The position numbers and the translations under genes are program-made. Below are positions 57,504-64,000 of a DNA stretch of 64,000 nt, piece by piece. How positions within the stretch are numbered: position 1 is the first letter of the stretch; every line of letters starts with the position of its first letter. The stretch is from Bacteroidales bacterium. Lineage in GTDB: Bacteria; Bacteroidota; Bacteroidia; Bacteroidales; UBA10428. A model generated the notes under the pieces. That model saw only the letters and a program-made list of their open reading frames with translations. It was not told where the DNA came from and made no database searches. The stretch spans positions 36,096 through 100,095 of the forward strand of contig JAFGVA010000068.1 of the NCBI GenBank assembly GCA_016938235.1. The letters are read 5' to 3'.

Positions 57504-58856
57504 TTAACTCATTTCTTTTATCATTATATCGAGTCCTTTTCTTACAATCGACTGAATGTCTGTCTTGGACGTGTCAATAAACTCGCAAAGTGCAAAATCT
57601 TCTTCGGCAACCTCATAAATTCCAAGGTTCTCCATCAGGTCAATATCCTCTATAATAATAGCTTTAATAAGCTGCATAGGATAAATATCCATTGGGAATA
57701 CCTGTTCGAATTTACCTGTTATCATAAGCGCACGCCGGCCACCATGAAGATTACTATCAATAATATACTCGCGATTTGGCATTAACCAGGAAAAGAAAGT
57801 TCTGGAGAAACTATATTTCTTAAATCCCGGAGCAATCCATCCCATGAATTCATATTTATTGCCTTCGGGTATTACAGTTAATAAAGAATCGTAAAATCCC
57901 AGGAAGCCATCCTGGCTTATTCTGGTGCCATTTAATGCATTGCCACTAATAAACCTAAGATCACCTTCATTCACATTATTGTCGGTCAGACAACTTATGT
58001 TTGTTCCTTCGTAAACCTTATAGTATCTTGGTTTTTTAACCTCTGAACCGCCCAGGGCAACAATTTTCGAAGCATTGTATTTTCCGGTTAAAAATAACCT
58101 TCCGATAGTTACTACTTTTTGTGGTTCAACGACCCAAACAACTTCTCCCTTATTTACAGGATCGATGTGATGAATCTGAACACCAACATTACCGGCAGGG
58201 TGTGGGCCTTTAAACAGATTAATCTGAATGTTTTTTGTGTTTTGGATAACCGGGCTGACTGGATATTTCCCATTTACTCCAACATGTATTTTGCCTTCAG
58301 TTAATTTACTAAGCACATCAATACCAGCCTGAAATTCTTTAGCGCTGTCCTGTAAAATGAAGTCGTAATCGACACCCAAAGGGGCAGAATCAAAGGCAGA
58401 AATAAAAATGGCTTTCGGGGTATCAGCAGGATTAGCTATTACCGAATAGGGTCTTTGTTTAATAGCTGGCCATAAACCACTATCGAGCAGGGTTTTTACG
58501 ATAGATTCACGATTCATCTCAGCAGGAGAACTTACCTTAAAGTCTTCAGATTCGAATTTACCATCCGATTCAACAATAATTTCAAGAATCATTCTTCTTT
58601 CACCTCTGTTAACTTCTAAAACCTTCCCGCTAACAGGAGAAGTGAATTTAATCTCGGGCTTATACTTATTGTAAAACAAGGGGGTGCCGGCTTTTACAGT
58701 AGCACCGGCCTCAACCGCAAGCTTTGGGGTTACACCCGTAAAGTCAGTTGGTTTTACAGCGTAGGTCTTTGAAGGATCTGCCTTAATATAAACTTTCTCA
58801 GCTTTCCCTTTCAGATTTATATCCAGACCTTTTTTAATCTTTATTACTTCAGACAT
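57504..58856 (-). CDS. nqrA: Na+-NQR subunit A
   Basis: 450-aa soluble protein. IKKGLDINLKGKA N-terminus and the first position in the nqrABCDEF order. Confidence 0.95.
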   Translation of the reverse strand: MSEVIKIKKGLDINLKGKAEKVYIKADPSKTYAVKPTDFTGVTPKLAVEAGATVKAGTPLFYNKYKPEIKFTSPVSGKVLEVNRGERRMILEIIVESDGKFESEDFKVSSPAEMNRESIVKTLLDSGLWPAIKQRPYSVIANPADTPKAIFISAFDSAPLGVDYDFILQDSAKEFQAGIDVLSKLTEGKIHVGVNGKYPVSPVIQNTKNIQINLFKGPHPAGNVGVQIHHIDPVNKGEVVWVVEPQKVVTIGRLFLTGKYNASKIVALGGSEVKKPRYYKVYEGTNISCLTDNNVNEGDLRFISGNALNGTRISQDGFLGFYDSLLTVIPEGNKYEFMGWIAPGFKKYSFSRTFFSWLMPNREYIIDSNLHGGRRALMITGKFEQVFPMDIYPMQLIKAIIIEDIDLMENLGIYEVAEEDFALCEFIDTSKTDIQSIVRKGLDIMIKEMS

Positions 58857-58881
58857 GCTTATGCTTTGCTTTTAGAGGGCA

Positions 58882-58889
58882 CAAAATTA
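58882..58889 (-). promoter_or_regulatory. Candidate -7 promoter box (TAnnTTTG) for nqrA
   Basis: The minus strand reads TAATTTTG, 26 nt upstream of the nqrA ATG. Confidence 0.4.
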
Positions 58890-59015
58890 AGTTTTTTAAT
58901 TATTATAACAATTATATGTGTAAATACTCCGTTGGAATATTTAAAATATTTTCACGAGTTGTTATTTTTTTAACAGATAGTGGTATTTAAACCAATTAAA
59001 TACGAAATTGTTTCA

Positions 59016-59052
59016 AAAAGTTACATAAAATATTTTGTTTTATGTAACTTTT
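59016..59052. repeat. Perfect 15-bp inverted repeat with 7-nt spacer in the nqrA / T9SS-plug-like divergent intergenic region
   Basis: AAAAGTTACATAAAA (59016-59030), spacer TATTTTG, then TTTTATGTAACTTTT (59038-59052). I checked every one of the 15 positions for pairing. Confidence 0.85.
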
Positions 59053-59086
59053 CTGCTGCGCATTTTAAATCGCTAATTTTCATTTA

Positions 59087-60334
59087 ATGTTAAGATTTGT
59101 ATATTTTTCACTCTTTGCTTTTTCAGGCTTGCTGCATGCTCAGCAAGAACTTGAAAAAACAGGAGCAATGGTTGGAACAGTAGAGTTTTGCAGAGATGGA
59201 TATCCCTTATCGTTTCCCGTAATTAACATTGAAGATGATGAGCATTTACAACTGAGGTTCGATTTGTTTACAACAGAACAGGATATTCTTAGCTATAGCG
59301 TTACTTTATGCGATTATGACTGGCAGTTACCTGATGTTGATCCCAATGAATATATTGACGGCTACCTTGAGAACACTTTTGAAGCATATTCACCTTCAAT
59401 AAATACAATGGTTGATTATGTTCAATATCGTTTATTTGTGCCGAACTCAGATGTGAAAATTTTAAAACCCGGAAATTATATATTGAAGGTTTACAACAGC
59501 TCGTTTCCGGATTCAATAATTCTTGCAAAACGGTTTGTGGTTTTTACCCAGAAAACAGAACCTGAAATAGAGATAGACGGATTTGCCTCTCAGAGTCTGA
59601 TAACGCAACAGGAACTTAAGGTAACAGTTGACCCCGTAAGTATTGATTACAGTCAGCTTGCCAGCAGTATTCAGTTAATGATATTACAAAATAATAACTG
59701 GAGATCGGCCAGGTATTACAAAAAATTTAATTATTCAGGTTCAAACTTTCTGAGTTTTAACACGCCGGGGCAGATTGTTTTTAACGGTGAAAACGAATTC
59801 AGGTTTTTTGACTCCAAGTCACTGAAATTTATTTCTGAACGCGTGAAAAGGATTGAATATGTTCCGCCATACTATCATGTTTATTTAAAACCCGATCAGC
59901 CAAGAGGCAGCAAAGATTATTTTACCAACGAAGATTTGAATGGCTTGTTTTACATCGATAATACGGATACGGATTACGAAGATGTAATGGATGCTGACTA
60001 TATCTGGGTCCATTTTGAATTGAACAGCGAATATGCGTATCCTTCCGATGTATACATCGATGGAGCTATAACTGAATGGAAGTTTACGGATAATTACATG
60101 CTTTTTGATGTTGATTGCGGTTGTTACAAAGGACAATTATTCTTAAAACAGGGGCTTTATAATTACAGGTATGCACTTCAGGAATACGACACAAAACAAT
60201 TCTCGTTTGATATTATCGAGGGAAATCATTACCAGACAAATAATTCATACCTGGCTATTGTTTATTACAAACCTTTCGGTGAATTCTACCATCAGCCTGT
60301 GGGAGTAGCAGTAACAGGTGTTAATTCTCAGTAA
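59087..60334 (+). CDS. Type IX secretion system plug-like protein (DUF5103 / T9SS_plug family)
   Basis: Signal peptide. The N-terminal domain pattern PVINIEDDEHLQLRFDLF..YSVTLCDYDWQLP..EYIDGY..YVQYRLFVPN..PGNYILKVYN matches my recollection of the DUF5103 consensus. This was not verified by any search. Confidence 0.55.
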   Translation: MLRFVYFSLFAFSGLLHAQQELEKTGAMVGTVEFCRDGYPLSFPVINIEDDEHLQLRFDLFTTEQDILSYSVTLCDYDWQLPDVDPNEYIDGYLENTFEAYSPSINTMVDYVQYRLFVPNSDVKILKPGNYILKVYNSSFPDSIILAKRFVVFTQKTEPEIEIDGFASQSLITQQELKVTVDPVSIDYSQLASSIQLMILQNNNWRSARYYKKFNYSGSNFLSFNTPGQIVFNGENEFRFFDSKSLKFISERVKRIEYVPPYYHVYLKPDQPRGSKDYFTNEDLNGLFYIDNTDTDYEDVMDADYIWVHFELNSEYAYPSDVYIDGAITEWKFTDNYMLFDVDCGCYKGQLFLKQGLYNYRYALQEYDTKQFSFDIIEGNHYQTNNSYLAIVYYKPFGEFYHQPVGVAVTGVNSQ

Positions 60335-60344
60335 TAATTGGCAT

Positions 60345-60377
60345 AAAAAAGGCCGAAACCAATTAGATTTCGACCTT
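60345..60377 (-). terminator. Terminator candidate between convergent plug-like gene and pruA
   Basis: AAGGCCGAAA (60349-60358) / TTTCGACCTT (60368-60377) with one mismatch. On the minus strand it is followed by TTTTTT (60345-60350). Confidence 0.45.
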
Positions 60378-60403
60378 GTGTTTGTCATTTAATAAATTAG
60401 CAT

Positions 60404-62035
60404 TTATTTATCTAGCAAAAAGGGATACCTGTAATCTGTTGGTGGATCGAAATTCTCTTTGATTGTCCGTGGACTTACCCATCGCATTAAGTTGATTAAA
60501 GATCCGGCTTTATCGTTTGTTCCGGAACCTCTTGCACCTCCAAAAGGTTGTTGTCCAACTACAGCACCTGTTGGTTTATCGTTTATATAAAAGTTGCCGG
60601 CCGCAAATCTCAGTATTTTATCTGCTTTAACCACCGCTACACGGTCTTTTGCAAAAATTGCTCCGGTTAGTGCATAAATCGAAGTCTTATCACATAAATG
60701 AAGTGTTTCTTCGTATTTATCTTCATCGTATAAATAAACTGTTAGTATTGGGCCGAACAATTCTTCTTCCATGCTGAAGAACATTGGATTTGAGGTCAAT
60801 GCAACAGTTGGTTCAATAAAATACCCCTTTGAATTATCGTAATTACCTCCAATAACTATTTCGGCATCAGGCGCAGCTTTAATTTTTTCTATAGCTCCGG
60901 AGAGTGTGTTAAAAGCACCTTCATCGATCACTGCATTAACAAAGTTGGTAAAATCTTCAGGTGTTCCCATTTTAATCGATTTAAGGTCTCTTTCTAGTCC
61001 GGCTTTAATTTCGGGCCATTTCGATTTAGGGATATAGGCTCTGCTGGCAGCAGAACATTTTTGTCCCTGGTATTCAAAGGCACCTCTGGTTAGTGCGGTA
61101 ATTACCTGCTTCATATTGGCGCTTTCATGCACAAAAACAAAGTCCTTGCCTCCGGTCTCGCCCACAATACGTGGGTAAGATTTATATTTTTTAATATTCT
61201 TGCCAATTTTCTCCCAAATACTTTGGAATACTCCGGTAGAGCCGGTAAAGTGAATTCCTGCAAAATCGGGATGATCTAAAACAGTATCAGCAGTCACTGG
61301 ACCAGGGGCAAATACCATATTGATTACACCATTTGGTAATCCGGCTTCAATAAGTACTTCCATTATTACTGCAGCAGAATAAATCTGTGTTTTCGATGGT
61401 TTCCACACGATAGTATTTCCCATCATGGCAGGTGAAGTCTGCAAGTTACCTGCAATGGAAGTGAAGTTGAAAGGAGTAAGCGCAAAAATAAACCCTTCAA
61501 GTGGTCGCCACTCCGTACTGTTCCATTGTTGAGGAGCCGAATTTGGCTGCATCTCATATATTTGTTCGAGGTATTTTACATTGAAACGGTAGAAATCAAT
61601 TAGTTCACATGCTGCATCAATCTCGGCCTGGTGTACATTTTTTGATTGGCCTAACATGGTTGCTGCATTCATTTTTGCCCTGTAGGGCCCGGCCAGCATG
61701 TCTGCGGCTTTCAGAAAAATAGATGCTCTTTCACCCCAATCAAGTTCCATCCACGATTTTTTAGCTTTAAGGGCAGCTTCAATGGCCATTTCAACTTCTT
61801 TCTTTCCTCCCTGATGGTAATAACCCAAGGTGTAATTAATATCGTGTGGTGGATGAATTCGTTTTTTATTTTCTGTGCGAATTTCCTGTCCGTTAATAAT
61901 CATTGGAATATCTGATTCCTTCGATTTCAACTCTTCAATAGCTTTTAAAATCTCAGATCTTTCGGTTGAGCCCGGAGCGTATGATTTTACTGGTTCGTTT
62001 ACCGGAGTAGGAATAATGTATCTGCTATCACTCAT
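60404..62035 (-). CDS. pruA: L-glutamate gamma-semialdehyde (1-pyrroline-5-carboxylate) dehydrogenase
   Basis: 543-aa aldehyde dehydrogenase. FALTPFNFTSI, VGETGGKDF, EYQGQKCSAASR, EELFGP. The N-terminus matches the long P5CDH type. Confidence 0.9.
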   Translation of the reverse strand: MSDSRYIIPTPVNEPVKSYAPGSTERSEILKAIEELKSKESDIPMIINGQEIRTENKKRIHPPHDINYTLGYYHQGGKKEVEMAIEAALKAKKSWMELDWGERASIFLKAADMLAGPYRAKMNAATMLGQSKNVHQAEIDAACELIDFYRFNVKYLEQIYEMQPNSAPQQWNSTEWRPLEGFIFALTPFNFTSIAGNLQTSPAMMGNTIVWKPSKTQIYSAAVIMEVLIEAGLPNGVINMVFAPGPVTADTVLDHPDFAGIHFTGSTGVFQSIWEKIGKNIKKYKSYPRIVGETGGKDFVFVHESANMKQVITALTRGAFEYQGQKCSAASRAYIPKSKWPEIKAGLERDLKSIKMGTPEDFTNFVNAVIDEGAFNTLSGAIEKIKAAPDAEIVIGGNYDNSKGYFIEPTVALTSNPMFFSMEEELFGPILTVYLYDEDKYEETLHLCDKTSIYALTGAIFAKDRVAVVKADKILRFAAGNFYINDKPTGAVVGQQPFGGARGSGTNDKAGSLINLMRWVSPRTIKENFDPPTDYRYPFLLDK

Positions 62036-62157
62036 ATTTACTAATATTTTGACATAAAATTAGGTGAACACCATTCGGTAAAAAATGACATTTATTACAT
62101 GAGCTCGAAAGCTTTACATGATTTATATCAGAAAACCTGAACTTAAAAAATTGTCGA

Positions 62158-62165
62158 TAACTTTG
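62158..62165 (+). promoter_or_regulatory. Candidate -7 promoter box (TAnnTTTG)
   Basis: TAACTTTG lies 48 nt upstream of the GTG start at 62213. Confidence 0.35.
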
Positions 62166-62212
62166 CCTGTTATAATTTAATAGGGAATTAATTTGAGATT
62201 AATTTTGTTTTC

Positions 62213-62530
62213 GTGAAAATCAGATTCAACATAAAAAATTACCTTCCGGTAATATTTAAATTATTTCAAAACAAGTATTTTGTGGCTGCCTTTGCTTTTG
62301 TTGTGTGGGTGTCTCTTTTCGATGAAAACAACCTGCTTGAACGGAGACAGCTGCTTAAAGAGCTGAGTCAACTTGAAAAGGACAAGCAATATTACACCCG
62401 ACGTATTGAGGAAGATGCTGCCAGGCTAAGAGAGCTTCAAACCAACAACGATAATCTTGAAAAATTTGCCCGGGAGCAATATCTGATGCATCGAAGCGAT
62501 GAGGAAGTATTTGTTATTGTCAGGAAGTAG
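62213..62530 (+). CDS. Septum formation initiator family protein (FtsB/DivIC-like)
   Basis: GTG start. One TM helix (YFVAAFAFVVWVSLF), then a coiled coil and EKFAREQYLMHRSDEEVF. Confidence 0.8.
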   Translation: MKIRFNIKNYLPVIFKLFQNKYFVAAFAFVVWVSLFDENNLLERRQLLKELSQLEKDKQYYTRRIEEDAARLRELQTNNDNLEKFAREQYLMHRSDEEVFVIVRK

Positions 62531-63758
62531 TTGGGATATCAAGCTGCCTTAATTTATTCAAAAGTGCAAACGTATCGGGGTTAGCTTTTAATTTTAATAT
62601 TTCTTTAACAGCCGTAACAACATCAATTGTACCGCAACAATTATCTCTGTGCCAGTTTAAAAACCTGATGAGCATAAACGCATCGAACCATTGGTAAAAA
62701 CGCTTAATGAAGCTCTCCCGACTTGAGGTGTTTCCTGATATTTCAGCAATTTTGTTGTTAAAATTATTCGAGTCAAGAAAATTAACAAGTTCGCTGTTAA
62801 GGTTAGTGTTCAGCTCGTTAATTTGATCAGCATTAGCTAAATAATACTTGTCAGCTTGTTCAAATAACATAGTTAGATGTCTAAATGATTCAGGGTGATA
62901 TGTTTCATATTTTTGAATGGGCGAATTTAGGAGTTTCCTTATGGTTGGTCCGGTACCAAAGGGTACCCTCCACGATGGACGTGGAGAAGGGTATACAAAT
63001 GTGTCTGGTAAAAATTCAACATGGCCATAAGGGAAAACTTTTTGTAGAAAATAAAAATCTTCTCCGGCTTTTCGCTTGCTCATCCCCCCGGATTTAGAGT
63101 ATATTTCTGCCTTTACCCCGAAGCAGGAACCTATTGTATAATGATAGTAGGGGAAGCCTGTACTTTTAAGCATGTATTTGTAGTACCGAAGGTGTAATTC
63201 GTATAGAGCAACTGCTTTATACACCTGTTTATTATACTCAGTTCCCTCTGTTGGATGAGCAAAATTATATATCAGAGTATTGGTCTTTTCTTTTTCTTTG
63301 AGAATTCTTTCTGTTTCCTGCAGGTAGTTTTCTGATAGGATGGAATCAGCATCCAGGGAGAGAATAAATCCACCGGGCTGTTTAATACTTTGGAAGCGAT
63401 CCGCGGCAAAATCCATTCCTGTTTTTCTTGCAAATCCTGCTCCTGCGTGTTTTGCTGGCAAATCATTTGCCAGAATAGGTATAAACCTGAGTGTATCGTT
63501 GTTTACCTTTTTTGCCCAGCTATTTATTTCGATATACTGCTGATTATTTTGCTCTTTTATTTCTGAAGAGGCATTTTCAGGATAATTAAAAACCAATAAA
63601 ACCTCGGTATGTGCCTGAAATTCAGTTTGATTTAGAATACTTTGAAGCGTTTTTCTTAATTCAGGCTCACAAAATACAGGTATGGTTATTATAAAGCGTA
63701 AGAGCCCCGATGGGGCTCCTGTATTAATAGTTTTTAAATATGTTTTTGAGTCCGACAT
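62520..63758 (-). CDS. GT-A fold (family 2-like) glycosyltransferase
   Basis: ITIPVFCEPELRKTLQSILNQT N-terminus, then LSLDADSIL (DxD) and a GEDFYF motif. Confidence 0.7.
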   Translation of the reverse strand: MSDSKTYLKTINTGAPSGLLRFIITIPVFCEPELRKTLQSILNQTEFQAHTEVLLVFNYPENASSEIKEQNNQQYIEINSWAKKVNNDTLRFIPILANDLPAKHAGAGFARKTGMDFAADRFQSIKQPGGFILSLDADSILSENYLQETERILKEKEKTNTLIYNFAHPTEGTEYNKQVYKAVALYELHLRYYKYMLKSTGFPYYHYTIGSCFGVKAEIYSKSGGMSKRKAGEDFYFLQKVFPYGHVEFLPDTFVYPSPRPSWRVPFGTGPTIRKLLNSPIQKYETYHPESFRHLTMLFEQADKYYLANADQINELNTNLNSELVNFLDSNNFNNKIAEISGNTSSRESFIKRFYQWFDAFMLIRFLNWHRDNCCGTIDVVTAVKEILKLKANPDTFALLNKLRQLDIPTTS

Positions 63759-63770
63759 TATTAGCCGATC

Positions 63771-64000
63771 TTACTCTTTGTCTTTTTTGCTTTTGTATTC
63801 TTCGTTTATACCTTCAATAACAACTTTGGTAATATCAAGATTCTCATTTGCGTACATAATATTACCACCAAAGGTATTACCCAGAACAAACTGGTATTTA
63901 TCAGCATTTTCCATGCCTTTCAGGTATTCCATTAATGAATTTAGCACCTTTCTTTGTGCAACTTGTTGTTCTTCGGCAAGTTGGTATTGCAATTGGTTTT
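63771..64000 (-). CDS. OmpH/Skp-family periplasmic chaperone, C-terminal part (partial; probably runs off the window)
   Basis: Gln-rich coiled coil, then YQFVLGNTFGGNIMYANENLDITKVVIEGINEEY, typical of an OmpH C-terminus. The reading frame is open to the window edge. Confidence 0.6.
   Translation of the reverse strand, partial: NQLQYQLAEEQQVAQRKVLNSLMEYLKGMENADKYQFVLGNTFGGNIMYANENLDITKVVIEGINEEYKSKKDKE

Overview
AT-rich chromosomal segment that looks like a Bacteroidota (Bacteroidia-type) genome. Supporting signs are TAnnTTTG -7 promoter boxes, T9SS-associated genes, a eukaryote-type citrate synthase and an HsdR_N/holA divergent pair. I call 51 protein-coding genes and found no rRNA, tRNA, CRISPR array, transposase or integrase by eye. 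Housekeeping content: rplQ, eno, gltA, a 2-oxoacid dehydrogenase E2 and a separate fused E1 alpha/beta, holA, a rhomboid protease, nhaC, pruA, an FtsB-like gene, and a complete nqrABCDEF operon with apbE nearby. The most unusual part is a cell-envelope locus at about 14.8-31 kb. It holds five tandem paralogs with a common signal peptide, TPR block and TolB/PD40 beta-propeller body. One of them has the full domain order published for the T9SS component PorE. Each paralog ends in a different C-terminal module: TM anchor, CRD+OmpA_C, OmpA_C, none, or SPOR. They are followed by a translationally overlapped GNAT gene and a tight operon encoding a double-SPOR protein, a Wza-like and a Wzc-like protein, with no glycosyltransferase, flippase or polymerase genes. 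Other points of interest: a GT2/membrane/degenerate phosphoglycosyl-transferase fusion; a hybrid histidine kinase whose ATP-binding G-boxes appear lost, next to a propeller-sensor PP2C phosphatase; a terminator-like hairpin lying inside the first codons of a GT-C-like membrane ORF between nqrF and apbE; a perfect 15-bp inverted repeat in the nqrA divergent promoter region; three TTAACGnTGTTAA-like operator repeats upstream of a TetR gene; and a 570-bp gene-free gap with a stop-interrupted small ORF. All function calls come from reading motifs in the translated ORFs. No database search was run.
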